Source: an uncultured virus (IMG/VR IMGVR_UViG_3300046468_002484) (Duplodnaviria; Heunggongvirae; Uroviricota; Caudoviricetes). From it: DNA of 64,000 nt. The stretch is from the IMG/VR virus record IMGVR_UViG_3300046468_002484; one strand, written 5' to 3'. A program made the position numbers and the translations under genes. Below are positions 1 to 10,089 of the stretch, piece after piece (the first letter of the stretch is position 1; every line of letters starts with the position of its first letter). The notes below the pieces were generated by a model. The model did not search any database and had not been told where the DNA came from. It saw nothing but the letters and a program-made list of their open reading frames with translations.

Positions 1-1513
1 TTTCTTCAGCAGTTAGTGTACCAAGCAATTTTATATTATCACTTTTAATATCAAGATTTATCATCGTATCATCTCCGTACAAATAAATATTCTTGGACGG
101 ATGTTTTTTTGCAATCTCTTTTGTTAGTTTTAATACAAGTTTGGGTAATCTATGAGGTTTGTTTGGATCATACAATAAACACACTCCATTTTTAATTACA
201 TTTGATTTAGTATACAAGTCTAAATTTACATTAAAACCAATCGAGTATAGTTTTCTGCTATCTGTAAATTTGCTTTTCAAGAACTTACTCATGGTAAAAG
301 TGGGTATTTTTGTTGCATAAAACTCCTCGCAATTTTTGATTCTCGTTTCACACAATTGAACTGCATTAAACTTCCACTCAAGGTCTTGACAAAAGAAACC
401 AATCAGTCTGTTTTTTGATTTATAGAAATTTACTTTTTTGTGAGTTTGCCATCCTGTTGCTATATAAACATTTGAGACTGACAGATTTTCTTCAAAATAC
501 AATTGAATTTTTTCTATTTGTGAAATTTCATTGTACCTATTAATTCTGCTTTTTTGTTCTTTTTTCGTAGTTTTATAATCACCACATATTTCAATATTTA
601 CAAGATATTTTTTTTTCTGCATATAATTCACCATTCTGAATATTGTTCTGAACCCCCCACATCTGGCATCATCTTCTACCAACGGTGGAATTAAAAATGT
701 TATAGATTTTTTAGAAGCAGTTAAAAGTAAATTACTTTCACCAATTACTTTTTTTTGCTTTTGAATTTCAGAGAAAATAGACTTGTATCTTTTTTTGTTT
801 TTATCTACACACCAAAGTTTACAACCATTGTAATACTCTCGTTCTTTGTGTTGTTCCTGAACATGGTATTCTATTGGTAGCAAATTAAACGACAAATGTT
901 TTTTATTTTTATTGAAAAAGCAATTTAAGTGGCTTTCATCATGCCAAAGTGCTACTATTTTTTTTATATAATCAGTTGCTATATTGATTGCCAAATTACG
1001 TGCCATTTGAACAAAATTTTTAGATTTTGCTCCAAAAAATCTACCTCCTATATAATCAGAATTTATAGAATTATCTATAAACGCAGTTGAGTTTGGATTT
1101 GTTTCAAATGGTTTATCTTTAAAATCATCAAATAAATGACAATCATGCAAAACAAAGGTAAAATCTTTATTTAAATTTATATCGTGTTGTGTTATTTCAG
1201 TACCACATCGTGTATTTATGTTCATGAAAAAAATGTAATCATATTCAGTAATGTGATTTGCAATATGTTCATTAAAAAAACCAAATCTGTTTAATGTAAT
1301 ACCAGGAAAAGGCAAATCTTTTACACGAAAAAAAGAAACACGATCTTTAACGCAATGTGGAAGTTTATATTCTACATCAGAACAAATAAAAAAATGCTTT
1401 TCACAATCAATCAAAAAATTAGATTGAATATCCACAAAAAAATTTTTAACAAACACAGAAAAGTTTCCTGTGCTTATTGAGTATATTGCTACTTTCTTTT
1501 TTTGCGTGACCAC
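1..1513 (-). CDS. GT6 (ABO-type) glycosyltransferase fused to a GT-B/WsaF-like domain; 3' end runs off the window
   Basis: Manual translation from GTG at 1513: VVTQKKKVAIYSISTGNF..YDYIFFMNINTR..IVALWHDESHLN (GT6 hallmarks, NXN motif), continuing in frame into FLIPPLVEDDARCGGFRTIF..VYIATGWQT. Absent from the ORF track because it has no stop in the window. Confidence 0.8.
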   Translation of the reverse strand, partial: MVTQKKKVAIYSISTGNFSVFVKNFFVDIQSNFLIDCEKHFFICSDVEYKLPHCVKDRVSFFRVKDLPFPGITLNRFGFFNEHIANHITEYDYIFFMNINTRCGTEITQHDINLNKDFTFVLHDCHLFDDFKDKPFETNPNSTAFIDNSINSDYIGGRFFGAKSKNFVQMARNLAINIATDYIKKIVALWHDESHLNCFFNKNKKHLSFNLLPIEYHVQEQHKEREYYNGCKLWCVDKNKKRYKSIFSEIQKQKKVIGESNLLLTASKKSITFLIPPLVEDDARCGGFRTIFRMVNYMQKKKYLVNIEICGDYKTTKKEQKSRINRYNEISQIEKIQLYFEENLSVSNVYIATGWQTHKKVNFYKSKNRLIGFFCQDLEWKFNAVQLCETRIKNCEEFYATKIPTFTMSKFLKSKFTDSRKLYSIGFNVNLDLYTKSNVIKNGVCLLYDPNKPHRLPKLVLKLTKEIAKKHPSKNIYLYGDDTMINLDIKSDNIKLLGTLTAEE

Positions 1514-1553
1514 ATATATAAATATAAATTTTACTTACTTATTATAATTTTAT

Positions 1554-2183
1554 TTAATTAAATGAATAATTAAAATTTTCTATATCTTGTTTATATATTT
1601 CTTTAACGATTTTTGCAGTAGTCTTAGAATAATAATCTCTATAATGAGTACGATTACTTTGATACGACAATTTGACATATCGTGGGATCATATTTCTGCT
1701 TACCATAATTTTGTTAACATCTGCTTGTAAATTTTCATATTTACCAACGAAATTAAACACACTATTGTTTTTGTTATCAAATACCCACGCAGATTGTGGT
1801 TTCATGTGAATTTGATCATAAAAAGAATCATCCCAATTTTTAACCATATCTTCAAAACTATTAAATTTTGAAAAGTAGCATTCAAAGTCACTCATATCAA
1901 GTTCAGAATTTCCTCCTGATTTTAAATAGTGATAACTCGAAACGAGACGATCCCACGGATTTCTCACAAAACAACACGAATATAAATCATGAAACCAAGT
2001 AATATCCTTGGGAAATTTATACTTTTCATCTCTAAGATCGTGACCTATACATAAAAATTTACGACTAGACAATAATGCCGCCACAGAATTTCCTGCGGTT
2101 TTTGGTATATGAACAAAAATGCTTTTTCTTGAGCTGTGAAATAAATAATTTGCTATATGAAACAGAATTCGTGATTTTATCAT
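1554..2183 (-). CDS. Sulfotransferase family 2 protein
   Basis: HIPKTAGNS (5'-PSB) and FVRNPWDRLVS (3'-PB) motifs. Confidence 0.85.
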   Translation of the reverse strand: MIKSRILFHIANYLFHSSRKSIFVHIPKTAGNSVAALLSSRKFLCIGHDLRDEKYKFPKDITWFHDLYSCCFVRNPWDRLVSSYHYLKSGGNSELDMSDFECYFSKFNSFEDMVKNWDDSFYDQIHMKPQSAWVFDNKNNSVFNFVGKYENLQADVNKIMVSRNMIPRYVKLSYQSNRTHYRDYYSKTTAKIVKEIYKQDIENFNYSFN

Positions 2184-2189
2184 TACGAT

Positions 2190-2218
2190 ATAATACTACG
2201 TCTGATTAATATTTGCAA
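2190..2218 (-). promoter_or_regulatory. sigma70-like promoter, near-leaderless
   Basis: TTGCAA-17nt-TATTAT ending 6 nt before the ATG at 2183. Confidence 0.5.
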
Positions 2219-2226
2219 TTATTTTA

Positions 2227-3234
2227 TTATAGTTTTAATTCCCAGTTCCACGCAGAAGCAACCATTTCTTTTAATCCAAGTTCTGCTTTCCACTTTAATA
2301 ATTCAAATGCAAGAGAAGCATCTGCATAAGCACTTGTAATATCACCTTCTCTGCGTTCACCATACACTATATTCAATTTTATGTCGTTTTCTTTTTGAAA
2401 CGTATCAAGAACTTCTTTTACTGAGTATCCATTTCCTGTTCCCAAATTTATTGGAATGGCATTAAATTTTTTATCGTTGCAAACCACAATTGCTTTTACG
2501 TGTGCCTTTGCCAAATCTACTACGTGTATATAATCACGAATACAAGTTCCATCTGGTGTATCATAATCTGTTCCAAATACTGTTAATTCTTTACGTTTAC
2601 CACTTGCAGTTTGCGTAACATACGGAATTAAATTATCAGGTGTTCCATTTGGAAGTTCTCCGATTAAAGCAGTTTCGTGTGATCCAATTGGATTAAAATA
2701 ACGAAGCAAAATTGAATTAAAATCGTGTTCAGTGTGAAAATCAGTTATCATTTGTTCGTTGATTTGTTTGGTACGACCATAAACACTTTCCGCAGGTTTT
2801 TGCGGAGTTTTTTCTGTGATTGGAAGTTCATCTGATTGACCATAAACCGTGCAACTGCTACTGAATATAAGATTTTTGACATCAAAATGCTTCATCACCA
2901 TAAGCAAATTGTTTGTACCCGCAACATTGTTGTCATAGTATTTGCTTGGATGCTTCATACTTTCTCCGACACTTTTACAAGCAGCGAAATGAACTACTGC
3001 TTTTATGTCTTGTTGATAATAACCAAATGCTTTTTCTAATTCGTCATAATCACGAATATCTACATTCAAAAAATGAAAACTTTTTTTCGTTATTGCACGA
3101 ATACCATCAATTACATCTTCTGAAGAATTTGACAAATTGTCAATTACAACAACTTCGTATCCTTTTTGTAAAAGTTCAACAACGGTATGACTACCGATGT
3201 AACCAAGACCACCAGTTACAATTATAGTTTTCAT
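2227..3234 (-). CDS. galE: UDP-glucose 4-epimerase
   Basis: TGGLGYIGSHT, HFAACKSVGES, SSSCTVYG, YGRTK, LRYFNPIG, DGTCIRDYIHVVDLA. Confidence 0.95.
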   Translation of the reverse strand: MKTIIVTGGLGYIGSHTVVELLQKGYEVVVIDNLSNSSEDVIDGIRAITKKSFHFLNVDIRDYDELEKAFGYYQQDIKAVVHFAACKSVGESMKHPSKYYDNNVAGTNNLLMVMKHFDVKNLIFSSSCTVYGQSDELPITEKTPQKPAESVYGRTKQINEQMITDFHTEHDFNSILLRYFNPIGSHETALIGELPNGTPDNLIPYVTQTASGKRKELTVFGTDYDTPDGTCIRDYIHVVDLAKAHVKAIVVCNDKKFNAIPINLGTGNGYSVKEVLDTFQKENDIKLNIVYGERREGDITSAYADASLAFELLKWKAELGLKEMVASAWNWELKL

Positions 3235-4197
3235 TTACATATTTTGCAGAAACCAAGAATATGTTTTTTTCAATCCTTCGTCTAAAGATACTTTTGTTTT
3301 TAATCCCAGTGAATTTGCAAAACTTACATTCATAAGTTTTTTCATTGTTCCGTCTGGTTTACTTGTATCGTGTACAATTTTACCAGTATATCCTACTACA
3401 TCTTTTATTTTCAAAGCAAGTTCTTTAATCTCAATATCTTCACCACTTCCGAAGTTAAGACAACTTTTATCATCAATATACACTTGATCTGCATTTATAT
3501 TTTTAATACAATGTTCTATTGTATCAGCGAGATCATCCACATACATAAACTCTCGTCTTGGTTTTCCAGTTCCCCACATTATCACTTCGGTATCATTGTT
3601 GAGTTTTGCTTCGTGAAACTTACGTATTAGTGCAGGTAAAACATGACTTGATTTTAAGTCAAAGTTATCATTGTATCCATATAAATTGCAAGGCATAATA
3701 GAATAAAAGTTACTTTTATATTGCTTGTAAAAACTTTCGCACATTTTTAATCCTGCTATTTTAGCAATAGCATAAGGTTCATTTGTATATTCAAGTTCTG
3801 AAGTTAATAAATACTCTTCTTTAATTGGTTGGGGTGCTTGCTTTGGATATATACAAGATGAACCAAGAAAAATTAGTTTTTTGACATTGTGGACTTTAGC
3901 ACTGTGAATTAAGTTGGTTTGAATTTGAAGATTGTCATAAATGAAGTCACCTCGGAAATCATTGTTTGCCAATATCCCACCAACTTTTGCGGCTGCTATT
4001 ACAACCACATCGAATTTATGTTTTGCAAAAAAAGCATTTACATCTGCTTGATTTCTGCAATCTAAATTCTTGCTTCGTGAGGTTACTATATTATTATAGT
4101 TTTCTGCTTGCAATTTTCTTACAACCGCAGACCCAACCATACCTGATGATCCTGCGACGTATATTTTAGACTTTGAATCTATCTTTAAGTTGCTCAT
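3235..4197 (-). CDS. fcl: GDP-L-fucose synthase
   Basis: AGSSGMVGSA, AAAKVGGILAN, LGSSCIYPK, YAIAKIAG, SHVLPAL, WGTGKPRREF. Start set at MSNLK. Confidence 0.95.
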   Translation of the reverse strand: MSNLKIDSKSKIYVAGSSGMVGSAVVRKLQAENYNNIVTSRSKNLDCRNQADVNAFFAKHKFDVVVIAAAKVGGILANNDFRGDFIYDNLQIQTNLIHSAKVHNVKKLIFLGSSCIYPKQAPQPIKEEYLLTSELEYTNEPYAIAKIAGLKMCESFYKQYKSNFYSIMPCNLYGYNDNFDLKSSHVLPALIRKFHEAKLNNDTEVIMWGTGKPRREFMYVDDLADTIEHCIKNINADQVYIDDKSCLNFGSGEDIEIKELALKIKDVVGYTGKIVHDTSKPDGTMKKLMNVSFANSLGLKTKVSLDEGLKKTYSWFLQNM

Positions 4198-5278
4198 AAT
4201 CACTTTCATACATTCTTTTTACAAGTTTCTTAAAATCATATAAACGAGTCCAACCGAGTTCTTTTTCGGCAAGAGAACAATCTCCTCTCAATTTATGAAC
4301 TTCAGCAGGACGATAAAATTCAGGATCAACTTCCATAATAAGTTTACCTTCATCTGTTATTACTTTTTCGTATTCACCGTCACCTACAATTTTATATTTA
4401 ATTTTTGCACATTTAAGTGTTTCTTCTAAAAATTCACGAACTGAGTTCATTTTGCCACTCGCAAGAACATAATTTTTAGGAGTATCTTGATTCATCATCA
4501 ACCACACTCCTGACATAAAATCCTCTGCATCTGTCCAATCTCGTTGAGCATCTAAATTTCCCAATTTTAATACATCATATTCTTTATTGTTTTCAAGGGA
4601 GTGTTTTATTTTTGCTATTGTATGTGTTATTTTTCTTGTTACAAATTCTTTACCTCTGCGAGTTCCTTCGTGATTAAACAACCAACCTTGAACTGCATAT
4701 AAATCATACGACTCACGATAAACTCTTACGAGTTGCCTTGCAGCTGCTTTAGCTGCTCCGTAAGGACTTTGTGGACGAAGTGGATGTTCTTCACTCTGTG
4801 GATCTGTGATAACATCACCAAATTCTTCACTTGATCCGGCATTGTAAAATCTACATTCAGGTGCAAACTTACGAATACTTTCAAGCATATGCAAAACAGC
4901 AGTTGAATCTGTATCCCAGGTTTGAATTGGATAATCCCAAGAACCATCAACAAAGCTTTGAGCTGCGAAGTTCAGAAAATAATGAGGTTTAATTTCTACA
5001 ACTGCATCTCGGATGCTATAATCATCTGTTAAATCTAAATTTATTAACTTAAACCGAGGTTCTCTTTTTAGATGGTGAATATTTGTGTAATTTTTTACAC
5101 TCAATCTGCGAACTGCTCCGTATATCATACAATCTGTGTTTTTCAGCAAATAATCTGCCATAAAACTTCCGTCTTGACCGGTTACTCCAGTTACAATTAC
5201 TCTTTTAATTGAAGACTTGTGAATCTTACCAGTGTCTCTTACTTCACTTTTTGAGTTTTTGTCATTATTTTTTTTCAT
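4166..5278 (-). CDS. gmd: GDP-mannose 4,6-dehydratase
   Basis: TGVTGQDGS, AAQSFV, SPYGAAK, LFNHE, FVTRKI, LGNLDAQRDW, YRPAEV. Confidence 0.95.
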   Translation of the reverse strand: MKKNNDKNSKSEVRDTGKIHKSSIKRVIVTGVTGQDGSFMADYLLKNTDCMIYGAVRRLSVKNYTNIHHLKREPRFKLINLDLTDDYSIRDAVVEIKPHYFLNFAAQSFVDGSWDYPIQTWDTDSTAVLHMLESIRKFAPECRFYNAGSSEEFGDVITDPQSEEHPLRPQSPYGAAKAAARQLVRVYRESYDLYAVQGWLFNHEGTRRGKEFVTRKITHTIAKIKHSLENNKEYDVLKLGNLDAQRDWTDAEDFMSGVWLMMNQDTPKNYVLASGKMNSVREFLEETLKCAKIKYKIVGDGEYEKVITDEGKLIMEVDPEFYRPAEVHKLRGDCSLAEKELGWTRLYDFKKLVKRMYESDYEQLKDRFKV

Positions 5279-6606
5279 TTTATCATTCCCGCTGCAACTG
5301 TTTCGTTTGTTTGTGTATCAATTAAAATGAAACTTCCGTTGGCACGATTGCTTTCAAACGGATCAAAATTTAATGGCTTGCTTGTTTTGATGCTGATTCT
5401 TGCGATATCATTTAAACCAATTTGTAATGTTTGATCTTCTGCTTTACTGAAAGTATTTACATCTAAAGTGTATACTTTTTTTGTTACCATCGCAGTTACT
5501 TCATTGCTTCCGTGTTTTAATAAATACTTTTTTCTAGGAAGCATAACATCTTCCGACATCCAACATACCATTGCATCAAATTGCTGAGATACTTTTGGTA
5601 AATTGTCAACACGGGCAATCATATCACCACGACCTGCATCTATATCATCTTCAAGTTGCATTACGATGCTTGCAGGTGTACACGCCTCGGTAAGTTCATC
5701 TTTGTATAAACGCATATCTTTGATGCGTGTTTCAAATCCACTTGGAAGCACTTGAACTTTGTGACCTTTTTCAAAACGACCACTTACGATTTTACCTGCA
5801 TATCCACGAAAGTCATGCCATTTATCACTATGAGGACGAATAACAGTTTGAATATCAAATCGTGCGTCCACCAAATTATTGTCCGAGAAGATTTCAATGT
5901 TTTCAAGCATACCAAGTAAATGACCACCTTTGTACCATTTGGTTTTTTGAGACTTGGTTGTAACATTATCTCCTTTTAATGCTGAAATGGGAATAAAACG
6001 AATATCATTACAACGAAGCTTCGCACTGAATTGTTTAAGTTGATTACGAATTTTATTGAACTTTTGCTCATCATAATCTATCAAGTCCATTTTGTTTACC
6101 GCATAAATAACATGAGGTATCTTCAATAAACTTGCAATAAACGAATGCCTTCTTGTTTGTTCGGAAATTCCTTTTCGTGCATCCACCAAAATAATTGCGA
6201 CATTACTTTTACTTGCACCTGTAATCATATTACGAGTATATTGCACGTGTCCCGGTGTATCTGAAATAATAAACTTACGATTTGCAGTATTAAAATAACG
6301 ATACGCAACATCAATTGTAATTCCTTGTTCACGTTCACTTTTAAGTCCGTCTGTCAAATAAGCAAGATTCACGTCTTCTTCACCTTTCTTTTTACTCGTT
6401 GCACGAACTGCTTCGTATTGATCTTTCATCACACTTTTGGTGTCATACAACATACGACCAATCAAAGTGCTTTTACCATCATCTACACTACCCGCAGTTG
6501 AAAGACGAAGAAGTTCGTTGTTTTGCAACTTATCGACATTCTTCGTTGGTTCTTCTTTTTGATTTTCCACAGGTTTCTTGTCTGAATTATTCTTGTCATC
6601 TGCCAT
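5275..6606 (-). CDS. cysN: Sulfate adenylyltransferase subunit 1 (GTPase)
   Basis: TAGSVDDGKSTLIGR, EREQGITIDVAYRYF, DTPGHVQYTRNM, NKMD, GSFILID. Start moved to ATG 6606, immediately after the cysD stop. Confidence 0.95.
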   Translation of the reverse strand: MADDKNNSDKKPVENQKEEPTKNVDKLQNNELLRLSTAGSVDDGKSTLIGRMLYDTKSVMKDQYEAVRATSKKKGEEDVNLAYLTDGLKSEREQGITIDVAYRYFNTANRKFIISDTPGHVQYTRNMITGASKSNVAIILVDARKGISEQTRRHSFIASLLKIPHVIYAVNKMDLIDYDEQKFNKIRNQLKQFSAKLRCNDIRFIPISALKGDNVTTKSQKTKWYKGGHLLGMLENIEIFSDNNLVDARFDIQTVIRPHSDKWHDFRGYAGKIVSGRFEKGHKVQVLPSGFETRIKDMRLYKDELTEACTPASIVMQLEDDIDAGRGDMIARVDNLPKVSQQFDAMVCWMSEDVMLPRKKYLLKHGSNEVTAMVTKKVYTLDVNTFSKAEDQTLQIGLNDIARISIKTSKPLNFDPFESNRANGSFILIDTQTNETVAAGMIK

Positions 6607-6607
6607 C

Positions 6608-7513
6608 TTAGAAATATCCTTGTTGTTTACGATCTTCCATACTTGTATCGGATTTTTTATCGTCTCCACGTGTTCCACGTTCAGTTGTGGTTGCACTTGC
6701 TACTTCTGCAATAATATCATCAAGATTATTTGCAGTACTTAAACAAGCACCAGTTGTTGTTACGTCACCAATTGAACGAAAACGAACTACTTTTTCTTCT
6801 AGTTTTTCATCTTTTTTAAGTTGAACATAATCAGCATGGCCATACCAAACTCCGTCTCGTTCATAGCATTTTCTTTTGTGTGAAAAATATAATGATGGCA
6901 GCGGAATGTTTTCTTGTTTCAAATATGTCCATACGTCAAGTTCTGTCCAATTACTAATCGGAAATACACGAAAGTGTTCACCTTGATTTTTCTTTCCGTT
7001 GAACGCATCCCAAATTTCTGGTCGTTGATTCTTTGGGTCCCATTGACCGAAATCATCACGATGTGAAAAGAAACGTTCTTTTGCTCTTGCTTTTTCTTCG
7101 TCTCGTCTTGCTCCACCTAAACAAGCATCAAACTTGTGATGCTCAATTGCATCAAGAAGCACAGGTATTTGAAGTTCGTTTCGTGTTGCTCCGATACCAG
7201 TTTCATCTTTAATAAGACCTTCTGCAATCGCATCTTCAACTTTACGTTCACGCAACTTCATTTTATATTGCTTTAAAACTTCGTCACGGAACTTCATAAC
7301 TTCTGGAAAGTTGTGGCCTGTGTCAACATGAAGTGCGACAAAAGGTGCATTAGCAGGATAAAATGCTTTTGCAATAAGATGCAGACATACCAAACTATCT
7401 TTACCTCCACTGAAAAGCAATGTTGAACTTCCGAATTGGGCAGCGGTTTCACGTAATACGTGAATGCTTTCCGCTTCAAGTTCTTCTAAGTGTGTTAAGT
7501 TACATTTTTTCAT
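6608..7513 (-). CDS. cysD: Sulfate adenylyltransferase subunit 2
   Basis: LEAESIHVLRE, FSGGKDS, HVDTGHNF, GGARRDEEKARAKER, WDPKNQRPE, MEDRKQQGYF. Confidence 0.97.
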   Translation of the reverse strand: MKKCNLTHLEELEAESIHVLRETAAQFGSSTLLFSGGKDSLVCLHLIAKAFYPANAPFVALHVDTGHNFPEVMKFRDEVLKQYKMKLRERKVEDAIAEGLIKDETGIGATRNELQIPVLLDAIEHHKFDACLGGARRDEEKARAKERFFSHRDDFGQWDPKNQRPEIWDAFNGKKNQGEHFRVFPISNWTELDVWTYLKQENIPLPSLYFSHKRKCYERDGVWYGHADYVQLKKDEKLEEKVVRFRSIGDVTTTGACLSTANNLDDIIAEVASATTTERGTRGDDKKSDTSMEDRKQQGYF

Positions 7514-7529
7514 CTCTTTTAATAAATAT

Positions 7530-8117
7530 TTAGGTTGGTTGATTTAATATAAAATTAAATAAAATATTTGCGGAATAATCTATTGTTTTTTCGGTGGTAT
7601 CTATAATCAAATCAGGATCATTAGGTTTTTCAAACATATTCAATGATTTGTTCATGTTGTCCGCATTATCTTTATACAATCCTTTAACGTCTCGTTTTTT
7701 AACTTCATCATGTGATGCTTTTATATAAATCAAACGAAAACGTTCTCCGATAATTTTTCTTGCTTGATTACGACTTTCTTCAAACGGAGAAATAAAACAA
7801 TTGATTGTAGTTGTTCCATTTTGTAAAAACATTTTTGAAATTTCTGCACTTCTTCTGATGTTTTCTTGTCGGGAATTTGCCGATAAATCGAGATCTGAGT
7901 TGATGGTATCTCGCATATTGTCTCCGTCTAAACACTTTACCCAATACTCATGTTCCATAAGCATTTTTTCCACGGTTTTTGTTAAAGTGCTTTTGCCACT
8001 TCCACTGTTACCCACCAACCAAAATGCGTATGCTTTACGACCTCCAACTTTTTCAAAGTAATCAGCCGACAAATATTCAGTCGGAAAAAATTCACCACTA
8101 GTACTTCCCATGTTCAT
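7530..8117 (-). CDS. cysC: Adenylyl-sulfate (APS) kinase
   Basis: GNSGSGKST P-loop, LDGDNMR, RQENIRR, FISP, RDVKGLY. Confidence 0.92.
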   Translation of the reverse strand: MNMGSTSGEFFPTEYLSADYFEKVGGRKAYAFWLVGNSGSGKSTLTKTVEKMLMEHEYWVKCLDGDNMRDTINSDLDLSANSRQENIRRSAEISKMFLQNGTTTINCFISPFEESRNQARKIIGERFRLIYIKASHDEVKKRDVKGLYKDNADNMNKSLNMFEKPNDPDLIIDTTEKTIDYSANILFNFILNQPT

Positions 8118-8132
8118 AAATATAAAAACTCA

Positions 8133-8225
8133 CTACTTTTTACGAACAAAAAAGTTCTTAATTTTTTTCCAATACGCAACTATAAATACAACAACTGCAC
8201 CAGTTGAGAATGCAAAAGGGCACAT
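8133..8225 (-). CDS. 30-aa putative membrane peptide
   Basis: MCPFAFSTGAVVVFIVAYWKKIKNFFVRKK; TAATG stop/start overlap with the protease gene. Confidence 0.45.
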   Translation of the reverse strand: MCPFAFSTGAVVVFIVAYWKKIKNFFVRKK

Positions 8226-9538
8226 TATCGGTTTCCTTTGTCAAACTTAAACTTTTCGTCCCAGTTTACTTCACCGTTTTCGTCAAAATAAGGTGGTGTT
8301 GGAATATCAACTTTATTGTTCATTACCAACGCAATTCCGATGATAGTAGCAACAACCACAACTCCAAGAACAATAAACAAAGTATTTTTCTTTTTCTTTG
8401 GAGTTTCCGCAGGTTCTTCTTCAACGGGGTCTTCTATTGGTTCTTCTTCAATTGGTTCTTCTTCAATTGGTTCTTCAACCGGTGGTGGAGAGGGAGGAGT
8501 TGGCAAAGGTGGTTCTTCGTCTTTAGGTTCTTCTTTAACAGGTTCTTCTTTAACGGGTTCTTCGTCTTTAGGTTCTTCTTTAACGGGGTCTTCGTCTTTG
8601 GGTTCTTCTTTTATTGGTTCTTCTGTATCACCACCTTTGATAAGTTTTTCTACATCGATAACTCCATAACCCCACGAATTGTCACGACCAACTTCACCTT
8701 TGTCTTTGGTGTATTTAAGTAAATGCTCACGAATTTGTTCAACTGTTTTACAATCATTCATACCAGTTGCTTCTTCTTGCTTACGATGCTTTGCAAGCAT
8801 CAAACAAATAACACCTGTAATAAAAGGACAAGCCATTGAAGTTCCACTCAAACTAGCATATCCGTTGTTAAGAAAGGTACTATAAATGTTTACACCAGGA
8901 GCAGCCCATTCCACTTTTTCTCCCTTTGAAGAAAAGTTTGCTACGTTTCCGTATTTGTCGTAAGCCGCAACTGCAATAGTTTCATCGTAAGCTGCTGGCC
9001 AGTTCACTCCTCCTGATCCTGTATTTCCGGCTGCACATACAACAGGAATATTTAATTCATATAATGTTTTAATTCGGTCTTCAAGAATTGCTGATGGAGC
9101 AGAACCTCCTAAACTCATACTTACAACATCGGGTTTCATCTCAATTGCATAATCAAGTGCTTCTGCTAATCCAAAGTAACTTCCACTTCCGTTTTTTGCT
9201 AATGCTTTTACTGAAATGCTTTTTGCTTCAGGAGCAACTCCTACCATTCCAGTTTCGTTATCTTTTGCACAAATGATACCAGTACAATGTGTATGATGTC
9301 CATTTTCATCTTCAAGTGGTTCACCAGAAATGCAGTTTTTTCCTTCAATAGCATTATCACCAATATCTGGATGCACAGGATGACCTGTATCAATTACCAT
9401 TGCGGTTATTCCTTCTCCTTTTGTAATTGACCAAGTTGCAGGTACATTAAGTTGTCGCAATCCCCAATCAATTCTTTGACTCAAAGAACCAAGTTCTTCG
9501 TTTTTTTCATAATGTGGTAATTTTGTTTCGTGTTCCAT
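8225..9538 (-). CDS. S8 subtilisin-like serine protease with Pro/Glu-rich stalk and C-terminal TM anchor
   Basis: IDTG, NGHHTHCTG, AAGN, GTSMACP triad motifs; EEP repeats; KKKKN followed by a hydrophobic helix. Start chosen from GGAG spacing. Confidence 0.9.
   Translation of the reverse strand: MEHETKLPHYEKNEELGSLSQRIDWGLRQLNVPATWSITKGEGITAMVIDTGHPVHPDIGDNAIEGKNCISGEPLEDENGHHTHCTGIICAKDNETGMVGVAPEAKSISVKALAKNGSGSYFGLAEALDYAIEMKPDVVSMSLGGSAPSAILEDRIKTLYELNIPVVCAAGNTGSGGVNWPAAYDETIAVAAYDKYGNVANFSSKGEKVEWAAPGVNIYSTFLNNGYASLSGTSMACPFITGVICLMLAKHRKQEEATGMNDCKTVEQIREHLLKYTKDKGEVGRDNSWGYGVIDVEKLIKGGDTEEPIKEEPKDEDPVKEEPKDEEPVKEEPVKEEPKDEEPPLPTPPSPPPVEEPIEEEPIEEEPIEDPVEEEPAETPKKKKNTLFIVLGVVVVATIIGIALVMNNKVDIPTPPYFDENGEVNWDEKFKFDKGNR
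8410..8625 (-). repeat. Coding tandem repeats (EEP[VI]K / EEPIE / KDEEP)
   Basis: Repeated ggttcttct units with ~15-bp periodicity. Confidence 0.85.
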
Positions 9539-9554
9539 CGTCATCTCCGTATAC

Positions 9555-9587
9555 AATAAAACGGCAATTAGATATCACCGTTTTATT
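9555..9587 (-). terminator. Intrinsic terminator-like hairpin
   Basis: AATAAAACGG..CCGTTTTATT inverted repeat with T-rich tail, 16 nt after the stop at 9604. Confidence 0.6.
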
Positions 9588-9603
9588 TGATCAATTATTA
9601 AAT

Positions 9604-10083
9604 TTATTTTTTAGTTACTTGTTCGTAAAGTTCTTTTACTTTATTTCTTATTTTTGTTGCGACTTTCTTTTTAACCTTATCGTCACCTGTTACTTTCTTG
9701 ATGTCCCAAAACTGCATTTTATCTGCATATTGTTTGTAATGATTCATCATATAATCTTTTTGTTCTTTTTCACTTACCACAACGATTATGTCACAATGTG
9801 AAAAATCTTCGTCTGTTATGTTGGTATGTTCTTTTGAATAACAATCATTTCCAAACATCAAGTAACTATCACACACTTGTTTTGAAAACTCATTTAACTC
9901 AACAGGATCAGTCAACTCAATGTTGGTGCTATATGCCGCCGGATACCTTGAACTGGGATAACGTCCCAACCCGTGAGTGTTCAGCATAAACAAACACTCT
10001 AACTTTCCCAAATTATTAAAATATGCTTCCGCAAATTTACTGCGGTACATATCCCCATTTCCAATAAATATTACTTTCTTCAT
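9604..10083 (-). CDS. LMW protein-tyrosine phosphatase/ArsC-fold protein lacking the catalytic Cys
   Basis: KKVIFIGNGDMYRSKFAEAYFN versus family V/LFxCxGNxxRSxxAE; DIIVV..; WDI. Confidence 0.65.
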   Translation of the reverse strand: MKKVIFIGNGDMYRSKFAEAYFNNLGKLECLFMLNTHGLGRYPSSRYPAAYSTNIELTDPVELNEFSKQVCDSYLMFGNDCYSKEHTNITDEDFSHCDIIVVVSEKEQKDYMMNHYKQYADKMQFWDIKKVTGDDKVKKKVATKIRNKVKELYEQVTKK

Positions 10084-10089
10084 ATTATA

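Noticed and set aside
5275..6696. ORF-track extended starts (cysN 6696, QueF-like 17049, LOG 18963, GT 14946, GT32 45878)
   Set aside because: The extensions overlap upstream genes or promoters. Downstream ATGs fit family N-termini and gene coupling.
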